From Selaginella moellendorffii (Eukaryota > Plantae > Lycopodiophyta): a DNA stretch of 64,000 nt. Below the pieces are notes generated by a model that saw nothing but the letters and a program-made list of their open reading frames with translations, was not told the DNA's origin and did no database searches. Made by a program: the position numbers and the translations under genes. Shown in pieces: positions 1-10,806 of the stretch; within the stretch, counting starts at the first letter, position 1, and every line of letters begins with the position of its first letter. The DNA lies in assembly GCF_000143415.4 (NCBI RefSeq), contig NW_003314306.1, forward strand, positions 463,698 to 527,697, in the 5' to 3' direction.

Positions 1-28
1 GATATTTCAAAGCACCCAATGCGATATA

Positions 29-168
29 GCCACGTGGAAGCTTACACAGCACACGCCAGCGTAGGCCAGCCACGGTATGCCACGGTTCTGCCACCTGGGA
101 TTACATGCCACCCTAAGGCCACGTGGATATCTGACACGCGTCAGAGTATCTCTGCTAAACACGTGGCA
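29..168 (+). promoter_or_regulatory. ABRE/G-box cluster with CE3-like element upstream of the AKR gene
   Basis: CACGTG at 31, 120 and 160 (the last is ACGTGGC). GACACGCGT at 133-141 is the reverse complement of CE3 ACGCGTGTC. Further GCCAC half-sites occur. All lie within 170 bp of the ATG at 196. Confidence 0.55.
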
Positions 169-195
169 GCATTATTTTAGGGTTCTAGTACAAGA

Positions 196-2076
196 ATGGC
201 CATGGTAGCGCGCATTTGGTCTTCATCTCTATTTCCAAAGGCGCTGTCCAAGAAATCGGCGAGGTAACTGCATTGGAGAGAAGAAGAGGATCAAGATTTG
301 GAGGTGTGACTCTCTTTTAGGCAGATCTTGCTCGCAAATGGCGTCGTCCCAGCAAGAGCATTGCTCCACCAAGCAGTCGTCGCTACTCCCTGGCTGCGCG
401 GATTCCAATGGCACCTCGCTCTTTGCAAAAATGTTCGCTACAACAGCTGGTAAGTGCGTGATTGTCTCGATCGAAGTTTTTTTCTTCTTTGATTTTCTTC
501 TTCAAGCAAGGAGATAATTTTCTTTCTTCTCTTTGCTTTTTCCATAGCAGCTTGTTCTTTCCTCTTTTCTTTCTGCTCGTCCCAAGTTTTTTTGTTTTGT
601 TCTCCTGAGGAGCGTGATTGTCTCGAGCGAAATTTTCTTCTTCTTTGATCTTCTTGTCGAACAACGATTCCTGTTGCTTTTTCATGGCAGCTTGTTCTTT
701 TCTTCTTTACTTTCGTGGTGCTCGTCTCATGTTTCTTGTTTTGTTTTCCTCAGGAGCTGGAAACTATCGGAGTCTTCCGGCACAAACTAGTACAGGCGAT
801 TTAACCGTCTCGTCCCTCGGACTAGGAACATACCTCGGTCCAGAGACCGATGTCGCGGATGAAGAGTACAAAAACGCTGTTTTGCGTGCTCTGGCGCTCG
901 GGATCAATGTGCTTGACTCGTAAGTTTGATCGCAACATTTTCATTTCGATCTTCTCCTGATCGATGCTTTGCCTGTTCTGTGTAGAGCGATAAACTACAG
1001 GAACATGAGGAGCGAGAGAGCCATAGGACTCGCTCTTGCTGAGGCCGTGTCCCGGGGAGTGGTAAAGAGAAATCAAGTCGTGGTTTGTACCAAGGGTGGC
1101 TTCTTAAGCTTTGATACAATCCGTCCTCCAAATCCTCGGGGCTGGATCGAAGAAAATTATGTCCGGCCTGGTATTTTTGCGTGGGAGGACTTCGTGGCTG
1201 GCTGTCACTGCATGAAACCAGAATACATCAAGAATCAGGTTGGAAGTTTTATGTATCTAGAACTTGACTCCTCTTTTTGTTTTCTTCTTTTGTTTTGTAG
1301 CTAGACAAGAGTCGAGCCAATCTGGGCTTAGAAACCATTGACGTTTACTACATCCACAATCCAGAAACTCAGCTCGGGGAGGTGTCCCGTGAAGAGTTTT
1401 ACAAGCGGATCAAGGCTGCGTTTACGGTGCTGGAAGAAGCTTGTAACGAAGGCAAGGTTGGGATCTATGGGATCGCAACATGGAATGGATTTCGAGTTCC
1501 ACCCGAGTCGAAGGGCCACCTTTCACTGGAAGAACTAGTTCGCGCTGCGTATGAAGCTGGTCAGTCGTTTCACTTGTTTGTAATGGTTTTTGTTCTGATC
1601 AAAGGTTTTTTGCTTGTTTTCCAGGAGGAGAAAGACACCACTTTAAGATCCTTCAGCTCCCATACAACATGGCGCTTCAGGAAGCAGCGAATAGCCAAAC
1701 GCAGCTCGTGCAAGGGATCAAAATGACATTGTTGCAAGCCGCGAAAGAGCTTGGTATCTCAGTCGCGACTTCAGCATCGCTGATGCAGGCAAGTTCTCAT
1801 GGAAAAGCTTGCACTTTTTCTTCTCTTTTTTCTTGCTTCGGTTCTTATAATGGCTCGTTTCGTTAGGCAAAGCTTTGTAACTCTATCCCGGCCGAGGTCC
1901 TCAAAGAATTCTCCCAAGGCGACAAGGCGCTCACTGGCGCTCAGTGTGCCTTACAGTTCGTGCGAACCACGCCAAACGTTCTTGTAGCACTCGCGGGCAT
2001 GCGCAGAGTAGAGCACGTCGAAGAGAACGCCAAGCTCATCGAGCTTTCGGCGGAGCCCAGCACACTTCACAATTGA
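196..2076 (+). CDS. Aldo/keto reductase (prokaryote-type subfamily) with probable organellar transit peptide; multi-exon
   Basis: Spliced model MAMVARIWSSSLFPK...LPGCADSNGTSLFAK...VSSLGLGTYLG...GINVLDSAINYRNMRSERAIG...TKGG...DVYYIHNPE...QLPYN...ALQFVRTTPNVLVALAGMRRVEHVEEN...HN*. Canonical short introns; stop TGA at 2074-2076. Confidence 0.9.
456..756 (+). repeat. Tandem duplication (~150 bp x2) of the intron body in AKR intron 2
   Basis: GCGTGATTGTCTCGA...GCAGCTTGTTCTTT...TGCTCGTC...TTGTTTTGTT occurs at ~456-611 and ~611-756. Confidence 0.8.
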
Positions 2077-2128
2077 AAACACCATTTCTTCGGTATGTCT
2101 TGAACCGGAATTATATTTCTATCGCAAG

Positions 2129-3977
2129 CTATAGCCTGGAGACATTAACTTTGATACCATTCACCATTGCTAACACCATGAGCAGCCTGTAGTGGACAAC
2201 GTGATCCTTCACTAGCTCAAAGTTAAAGAACCTCATGAGCATCGCGGCAGTGATCTTGGCCTGCAAGTAAGCGGCATCCTTTCCCAAGCAAATTCTCGGC
2301 CCGGCCTGGTAGAGTTTTCAAGTTTTAGCCGTGATGAACTAGAGATAAAGAGAGATCTCTCATACCTGGAATGCGGTGTAGACGAATGGTGATTGAGGCT
2401 GGTATTCGGAGTTTTTAATCCACCTCTCCGGCTTAAACTCTAGAGCGTCAGGTCCCCACAGAAACTCCATTCTTCCCATGGAGTATTGCACGTAAGCCAC
2501 AGAATCCCCACGTTTAACTTTAGTCCCGTCCGGAAGAACATCATCGTTGGCTGCATACTTTCCATCCTGGAGAAAGCTCAAGTTAGTCAGCTTTTTACTG
2601 GTGTAAAGAAAGCTTGGTGGGACTTACTCGTGGTACCGGCGGGTATAAACGAAGAGTCTCGCTGATGCACGCGTGCAAGTAGTGAAGCGTGCGAAGATTC
2701 TCAGTGGAGAGGAGCTGTGCGAAGGCACTGAAAGTCAGTGTGTTGCTCTCACTCCCAAAGGTCCGGTCTAACTCGAGGCGAATCTCTTTGGCCACTCGAG
2801 GATTGTTGCAAATGCAGTAGATAAACCAGGACAAAGTGATGGCCGTCGTGTCTCGTCCAGCAATTATGAAGTTGAGGATGGCGTCACGAAGCTCTCTGTC
2901 TTGATACGCATCGCTTGCTCCAGTGGAAGTCATGAATCGGGACAAGAGGTCCTGCCTTTCCTGGAAGACAAAACTGTAAGAAAAAGTCGTATTTGGGAGG
3001 AAAAAACTTACGTATTCCTTGCCAGATTTCTCGCAGGCTTCAATCTCTCGTCGTCGGTTTTCGATCACCTGGAACGTGAATGAGTCCAGTACCTGGATCT
3101 GGTTCTTTAGCTCCCGCTCAGAGCCCAGGTTGAGAGCTCGTAGGATTTTCCACACTGGCCCGATTAAGCGACGCACGATCAGCTCGTTAACTCGGTCAAA
3201 AGAAGCTGCGAAGGGAACTGCTGGTAAGGAAGGTGACAGAGTGTTTAGTTCCACTCCAAACGCAACCTCGCAGATAGAATCTAATGTCATTCGCATGGAT
3301 ATGTCCTGCCAAAGAAAAAAAATATTTCGAGCTTGAGATTGAAATGCTATTTCTCTCATAGACCATACCTGGAAGTCGAAAGAGGTTTTCGTGCTTGCAA
3401 TATTTTCCAACACTTCCATCATTCTCACAGCAGCCTTCTTGAAAACTTGGCCACTGTACTCGTTCACCTTCTTGGACGAAAATTCGTAGCTTGCAAGTTT
3501 GCGGTGCCGTTTCCACATCTCCCCGTCCGAATTGAAGATTCCATCTCCCATAAAGTCGTAGTTCCTGGCGCGCGAGACACGTCCCTACTCACCATACCGC
3601 AAGTAAGAACTTGAATCAGTAAAAACGAATCATACCTTGGGATAGTTAGCAAAATTTGTCTTGAGAATGTGCTCGACGTTGGCAGGGTCGATCGTGAGAA
3701 TGTTGTAGAAGGTCCCCCAGTCCACTGCAATCGTCCTACACTCGCTGCTGAAATAGCTAAGGAACCAGTCGTGAAGCACTGGGAAGTTCTTCACGACTTG
3801 GAAGTAAGAACCGACCAGAGGCCATCTCTTTGGTCCCTTGTGATTTCTTTTCTCCGCAGAAAGAAGCACCGCGAGGAAGACCGCAGCAGCAATTCCTGTG
3901 ATGAAAACCAGAGGATTTGGATAGGAAAGACCTTCGAAAACGCCGCTGATGTTACGAACTTTGTCGGTGGAGTTCAT
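2129..3977 (-). CDS. CYP704: Cytochrome P450, CYP86 clan, CYP704-like fatty acid omega-hydroxylase
   Basis: N-terminal TM anchor, [38 protein letters not shown]-helix [20 protein letters not shown] and heme motif [10 protein letters not shown]. Stop at 2129-2131. Confidence 0.9.
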
Positions 3978-4292
3978 GGCCGTGAGGGAGTTGAGGACGG
4001 AAGTGAAATGGATGGATCCCTCCCTCTTAAAGAGTGGTGGTAGGCAAGTCAGCAATACTGGGCTTAATCGCACTGATGGAGTTTTGTAGAGTGCGCGACA
4101 AAGTCCACGGCCTACAAAATCACAGTGTGAAGCGCGATGCAGCAAGTGATATAGAACAATACCTTGGAAGAAACCGCGATCTTACCGAATCTTAAGCCAT
4201 GAAACTTCGTTTCATTGAAAACAAGTCAGACTCCGCGTCAGCTTTAGAAAAACAGGACTTATCGACGAGAAAAATATATAAAACATTACACG

Positions 4293-4590
4293 ATGGAAAA
4301 ACAAGAGAAACTGTGAGGAAGTGGCACCATAAAAGAGTTATCTGGAGATGATTAGCCACTGCACCGTTGTTCACACTTATGAGATCATGATTCATCACGG
4401 AAAGTGTAGAGAACATATGCCTGGAAAAACATGAGAAGCTGTGAGAAATTGGCACCATAACACACTTATGAGATCATGATTCATCACGGAAAGTGTAGAG
4501 AACATATGCCTGGAAAAACATGAGAAGCTGTGAGAAATTGGCACCATAAAGATTTTACCTGGAGGTGATTCGCCATTACACGTTGTGAAA
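4293..4590. repeat. Compound tandem repeat; ~89 bp perfect duplication plus diverged flanking copies
   Basis: CACACTTATGAGATC...GGCACCATAA is identical at 4372-4460 and 4461-4549. Segment 4293-4371 resembles 4511-4590. Confidence 0.9.
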
Positions 4591-6495
4591 CTATTCATCA
4601 GCCAGCCAGTCATCAGATGACGAGGTAGGAGTGGACGACCAGAGGCGACAGGCGGCCAAGTTGTGAGGATCCAAACGAAGAATCAGTCGAGCAACTCTTC
4701 CTCCTCTTCCTACGTCTCCATGAATCTTACACGACCCCAGTAATGCCATCCAGGCAGCAGCATCCGGCTCAAACGGCATATAGCTCAGCACTTCCTCTGA
4801 GTCCTCGAGCTGCCCGAGCCGTCCCAGAAGATCAACGATACATCTGTAATGCTCTAAGCCGGGACGCAGTCCATAATCGTCCTGGAGCGAGTGGTAAAAC
4901 TCCAAGGCATCGGTCACCAATCCCGCGTGACTACTCGCGAACAAAACGCTCAGAAACGTAACTTGGTCGGATAGAACACCCTCCTGTTCCATCTCCCTGT
5001 AAACTCCGCAAGCTCTCATCCCGTGACCGTTCTCGGCAAAGCTTCCCATCATGGCGTTCCAGGTGATGAAGTTTCTCTTCTTCATCCCCTGGAAAAACTC
5101 GAGAGCCGAGTCCAAGCTTCCGCATTTCCCATACATGTTGACGAGCGCCGTCCCCACGACGAGGTCCGACTCGTAGCCGTGCTCGAGAATGCCCGAGTGA
5201 AGAAGCTTGCCTTGTTTCAATGCTAGCGAGTTTGAGCACGCGTCCAGAGCCGCAACGAACGAGGCCTTGTCGGGCTTCATGCCACTGTGACTTAGCTTCC
5301 AAAAGAGCTCCAGTGCCTCGGTGTTGAATCCATTGAGAGCGTAGGCCGAGATCATGGCGTTCCAGAGGATCACGTCCCCTTTTTCGTCTTCCCGCGACAG
5401 CTTCTCAAAAACTTGACTTGCCTCGTCCCAGCAACCAAAAGTTCCATAGAGCTTGACGAGAGCTGTTCCCATGATGATATCAACCGGAAGTTTGGAGTTG
5501 ATAACTTCTGCGTGGATGATCCGGCCAGTTGCAAGCTCCTCGAGCTCCGCGCACGAATCCAAGACGGTGACAAAGGTGACGCGATTCGGCTCCACTCCTT
5601 CCACTCCCATTATTCGAAAAAGCTCGATCGCCCTCTTGGCCTCGCCGTTCTGAGAGTAGACTGTGATGATCGCCGTCCACGAGACAACGTCGTGCTCGAG
5701 AAGGGGGATCCCCTCGAAAACTCTCCGCGCGTCCTCGACTCGTCCACACTTTCCATACATGTTGACGATCGACGTGAAAGCCATGGAGTCGAGCCTGGAG
5801 CTTAGAGCTGAATCCTCGATGGAAGAGTGAATCCCCTTGGCCAGAAAGAACTCTCCAAGGTTTGTGCAAGCGTCGATGACAGTGAGAAACGAGATCTCGT
5901 CAATATCGACTCCCTCGAGATCCATGATAGTGAAGAGATGAACAGCGTCTTTGCAATGCCCGTTCTGGGCATATGCCGCCATGAGAGAATTCCAGGATAC
6001 CACATCCCTCTCGAGCGTGTCATCGAACATCCTCTTGGCCTGCTGGACGAATCCATTCTGCCCGTAGGCATTGATCATCACATTGCAAGGGATGGCGCTG
6101 AGCTCCGGGATGGAATCGAAGAGCATCTTTGCCTGGCGCATAAACCCTAGCTGGGCAAATCCCCCGACTACCGCCGTCCACGCCACCGCGTTGTGGCACG
6201 GCATCCTGGCCAGCAAATCCCTCGCCTCCGCGAACAATCCATTCCTGTTGTGCGCCACCAGCAGCGCCGTCCAGGAGAAGACGTTCTTGCGGAAGATCCG
6301 GTGGAATGCCCGCTGCGCATCGCCCAGGCAGCCGCATTCGCCGTAGAGCTGCACGAGGAGATTGCCCGGGAACGTCTCCCCGTCCGATCCCGCCGCCCTG
6401 AGCTGATCGTGGATCCTCCTGCCGTCTGCGATGGCGCCGGCCTTGATCTTCTGCCTGAGAAGCGCGCAGTAGGCCGCGGAATCGGGATGCCTCAT
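4591..6495 (-). CDS. PLS-class pentatricopeptide repeat protein with truncated E extension (no DYW)
   Basis: Intronless 634-aa ORF with repeated NVFSWTAL/DVVSWN/ALVNMYGKCGSL motifs. HYRCIVDLLGRLGQL...WMALLGSCKIHGD marks the S2/E1 region. Confidence 0.93.
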   Translation of the reverse strand: MRHPDSAAYCALLRQKIKAGAIADGRRIHDQLRAAGSDGETFPGNLLVQLYGECGCLGDAQRAFHRIFRKNVFSWTALLVAHNRNGLFAEARDLLARMPCHNAVAWTAVVGGFAQLGFMRQAKMLFDSIPELSAIPCNVMINAYGQNGFVQQAKRMFDDTLERDVVSWNSLMAAYAQNGHCKDAVHLFTIMDLEGVDIDEISFLTVIDACTNLGEFFLAKGIHSSIEDSALSSRLDSMAFTSIVNMYGKCGRVEDARRVFEGIPLLEHDVVSWTAIITVYSQNGEAKRAIELFRIMGVEGVEPNRVTFVTVLDSCAELEELATGRIIHAEVINSKLPVDIIMGTALVKLYGTFGCWDEASQVFEKLSREDEKGDVILWNAMISAYALNGFNTEALELFWKLSHSGMKPDKASFVAALDACSNSLALKQGKLLHSGILEHGYESDLVVGTALVNMYGKCGSLDSALEFFQGMKKRNFITWNAMMGSFAENGHGMRACGVYREMEQEGVLSDQVTFLSVLFASSHAGLVTDALEFYHSLQDDYGLRPGLEHYRCIVDLLGRLGQLEDSEEVLSYMPFEPDAAAWMALLGSCKIHGDVGRGGRVARLILRLDPHNLAACRLWSSTPTSSSDDWLADE

Positions 6496-6806
6496 TCATC
6501 ATCGCGATCCCGCCAAGACCATATGCCCAAGAACCCTAAAATTTGCCCAGCAGCCCTAATTTCTCGTGACAATCGCCAAAATTATTTGGGCGGCGCTGGA
6601 TATTTGCTTCCTACATTTAGGAATAAAACCAAAGGGTACGGCTTTCCCTAGCCCGACGGAGCTTATTTACCAGCGATCGTGGCCGTCAATGCGGTGGTAG
6701 ATGGTAAATTCTCCATCTCTCGACCACGTGGAGCACACAAGCCGTGGCAAATTGACTCTAGGGTTTATAGATCGACCGCTCGGATCGTTCTAGGGCCGCG
6801 CATTCT

Positions 6807-9800
6807 ATGCTCGCAGCTGCTTGGAATCTCTGTCTGGCAGCTCCAATCGTCCGGAAAGGTCATCTCTCGCAATAGCAACCTCGCGATATCGATTTCAATG
6901 CAGATTCAGGCCTTTCGCCTCCCCGGCTGAGCTGCTTCCATCGCGTCCGATCCGTGCACTTCCGCGCCTCGATCGCTTTGCGGCAGCGACAGGAGATCGC
7001 AATGGGTGAGCGCGATGTCTGGAAATTTCTCCTCTGACGCGAAATTTGGCAGTGTCGGGGCATCCATTCGAGAGTATTCTCACTTCCTTGTCCAAGGACG
7101 ACGGTGGGGAGTATGGGAAATATTACAGCCTTCCAGACTTGCATGATCCACGAATTGGTATGCTGGTGTTCTCTCTTGATTTGATCTGTCTCAAATTTTC
7201 TCTCTTTTTCGTTCGATTGCACAGAGAAGCTGCCTTACTCGATCAAGATTTTGCTGGAATCGGCCATTCGAAACTGTGACAACTTCCAGGTTACAAAGGA
7301 CGATGTAGAGAAAATTGCCGACTGGGTTAACACTGCTCCAAAACTAGTGGAAATTCCTTTCAAGCCTGCTCGAGTTATCCTCCAGGTTTGGAAGCTAAGA
7401 ATCAAACAATTGTGATGTGACTTGTTCCAACTCTTGTGTATTTGTTTTTTTCTTTTTCCTTCAGGATTTCACTGGTGTACCAGCTCTGGTGGATCTAGCT
7501 GCAATGCGGGATGCTATGAAGAGGCTCGGTGGCGATCCCACAAAAATCAATCCTTTGGTAAAACCTTTGTTCTTTCTTCTCATGAGGAAAGTATTTTAAA
7601 TCTTGGTTCTTGCTTTTAGATACCTGTCGACCTCGTGATTGATCACTCCGTACAAGTCGATGTCGCTCGCTCGGCTAATGCTGTCGCGAGCAACATGCAG
7701 TTTGAGTTTAATCGCAACAAGGAAAGGTTTGCGTTTCTGAAGTGGGGATCAGTTGCCTTCAAAAACATGCTGGTGGTTCCTCCTGGTTCTGGTATTGTCC
7801 ATCAGGTATGAGCCCAGTTTTTAAATCTGGAAGTTTACATTTGTCATTATTGTCAGGTGAATCTGGAGTATCTCGCTCGAGTAGTGTTCAACAGAGATGG
7901 CTTTCTTTATCCGGATAGCTTGGTTGGTACTGATTCGCACACCACCATGATAGACGGACTTGGAGTTGCCGGATGGGGAGTTGGAGGAATCGAAGCGGAG
8001 GCAACAATGCTTGGACAGGTATTTTGATTCAGGATTTTGCAACATCTATCCGGATTTTTCAAATTCATCCATTTTTGTTACAGCCAATGAGCATGGTTCT
8101 TCCGGAAGTCGTGGGGTTTAAGCTAGTAGGCAAACTTCAGGCTGGAGTCACTGCAACAGATCTGGTCCTTACTGTAACGCAAATGTTGAGGAAACATGGT
8201 GTGGTTGGGAAGTTTGTCGAGTTTTACGGTCTGTATCTACTTGAGTTTTATACTCCTAACGTTTTCCTTTTATTTCAGGCGAGGGTGTCAGCTGCCTTTC
8301 ACTAGCTGACCGAGCAACTATTGCTAACATGTCACCGGAATATGGTGCTACTATGGGATTTTTCCCTGTCGATCAGATGACCTTAAATTATTTAAGCTTG
8401 ACAGGCCGTGATGCAGAGAAGGTAACTTTATACATTTCTAAAATAAAACCTTATGATTTAGTATAATAATACAGGTGAAAATGGTCGAAGCTTATTTGCG
8501 TGCAAATGATATGTTTGTGGACTATTCTCAGGTAACAAGATACTATAGAAATTTGCCTAACAGTTTTTTATTATTCGCGTAGAAACAACCTGAGACGGTC
8601 TATTCAGCATATCTAGAGCTCGATTTGGGAAGCGTTGAACCCTGCATTTCTGGACCTAAACGGTTAGCTTTTGTCGATTTTTGATGGCTCGCTCCTTCTC
8701 TAACATCCAACTTTTCTGTTAGTCCGCATGATCGGGTTTCTCTTAAGGACATGAAGGCTGATTGGCAGGCCTGCCTAGACAATAAAGTTGGCTTCAAAGG
8801 CTTTAACATTCCGAAGGATCTTCAGCACAAGACCGCTCAATTTACATACGAAGGGAAGCCGGCAGAGCTAAGACATGGGGATGTCGTCATTGCAGCGATT
8901 ACAAGCTGCACGAATACATCCAATCCCTACGTGATGCTTGGAGCTGGACTAGTTGCCAAGAAGGCAACGGAACTGGGACTCGAGGTATGCCATCAATATG
9001 TTCTCTAGATGGTTAACTTAGTTTTATAAGCAGGTTCGTCCCTGGATAAAAACAAGTCTTGCTCCTGGTTCAGGCGTTGTTACGAAGTACCTTATAAAAA
9101 GGTAATTGTTTCATTGCCGCATGCCTGTATTCTGAACCACATGTAAGTACTGCAGTGGTCTTTTGAAGTACCTTGATATGCAAGGATTTAGTGTTGTGGG
9201 ATATGGGTGCACTACCTGCATTGGAAACTCTGGCGAGCTGCATGAGGCTGTGGCTACAGCGATAGCGGATAATGGTACGTAGCTCTCTGCATTTCCTCTT
9301 GTTACTTACTGTCCTCTGTCAACAGATATTGTTGCTGCAGCGGTCTTATCGGGAAATAGGAATTTCGAAGGACGGGTGCATCCCTTAACGCGGGCCAACT
9401 ATTTGGCTTCTCCTCCTCTGGTTGTAGCTTATGCATTAGCAGGAACGGTAAGCCTTTGTTTTCAGCACAACCGTGTTTTTATGATTTTCTTTGCAGGTAA
9501 ACATCGACTTTGAGAAGGAACCCATCGGTGTTGGCCACTCTGGGAAACAAGTTTTCTTGAGAGACATTTGGCCAACGTCGGAAGAAGTCGCAAAAGTATG
9601 TATTGTGAATCACTTTCATCTGTTTTCTTAAAACTCGTTCACTTCCAGGTTGCAGAAGCTTCTGTGTTGCCCGAAATGTTCAAGTCTACATACGAATCCA
9701 TCACGAAGGGCAATACTATGTGGAATGACTTGCCTGCTCCTACTGGAGATCTCTACTCATGGGATCCTAAATCAACGTACATTCACGAGCCGCCATTTTT

Positions 9801-10727
9801 CAAGACCATGACTCGAGATCCACCCGGTGTTCATGGCGTTCACGACGCAGCCGTTTTGCTAAATCTCGGGGACAGTATCACTACCGATCATATTTCACCA
9901 GCCGGGAGCATCCACAAAGACAGTCCGGCTGCCAGATATTTGATGGAAAGAGGCGTCGAGAGGAAAGACTTCAACTCTTACGGCAGCCGACGTGGAAATG
10001 ACGAGGTTATGGTTCGTGGAACGTTCGCAAACATCAGAATTGTGAATAAGCTGCTCAAAGGTGAAGTGGGACCAAAAACCGTCCATCTTCCTTCTGGGGA
10101 ATGTCACTGGGTTTTCGATGTGGCGCAGGTATTTCTTCTATTTCATGTCTTTAAGAGAACTGAGGTTTCCTTTGCAGAAATATAAAGACGAAGGAAAGGA
10201 GATGGTGGTTCTTGCCGGAGCAGAATATGGCAGTGGCAGTTCACGAGATTGGGCAGCCAAAGGGCCCTTCCTTCAGGTTAGACCAATTAAGTTTTCAAGC
10301 TAAAGTCATGATAAAGTCATGAATCGCTTTGTTGGCAGGGAGTGAAAGCTGTCATCTCTAAGAGTTTCGAGAGAATTCACCGGAGCAACCTTGTTGGAAT
10401 GAGCATCATCCCTCTGTGCTACAAGAATGGCGAAGACGCAGAATCGCTTGGTCTTACTGGACATGAAACCTTCACCATCGAGCTGCCATCCACGATCGAG
10501 GAGATCAAGCCCGGGCAGGACGTGCTTGTGAAGACCAACACGGGGAAGGAGTTTACTTGCACACTTCGCTTTGATACGGAGGTATGAAAACTTTTCTTTT
10601 TTTTCTTTTTGCTAGTGGAGTTTTGATCTTTGGCTTTACACTTGGCTATGCACAGGTTGAGAAGACTTACTTTAATCACGGTGGAATCTTGCACTATGTG
10701 TTGCGGCAGCTACTTGGCAGTGCTTAG
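6807..10727 (+). CDS. ACO: Aconitate hydratase (aconitase), multi-exon
   Basis: SGHPFESIL..., [119 protein letters not shown]. The upstream ATG at 6807 is in frame after a 45-nt intron; a second ATG lies at 7002. Confidence 0.97.
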
Positions 10728-10806
10728 ACTAAAGGACTCTTTTGTGAATTTGGAATAACGTGCTTTTATTTCTCAAACAAATCTAAGTGTAGTAACATCC
10801 TTGCTC

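Noticed and set aside
383-685. 100-aa Lys-rich minus ORF
   Set aside because: It is the antisense of a T-rich duplicated intron.
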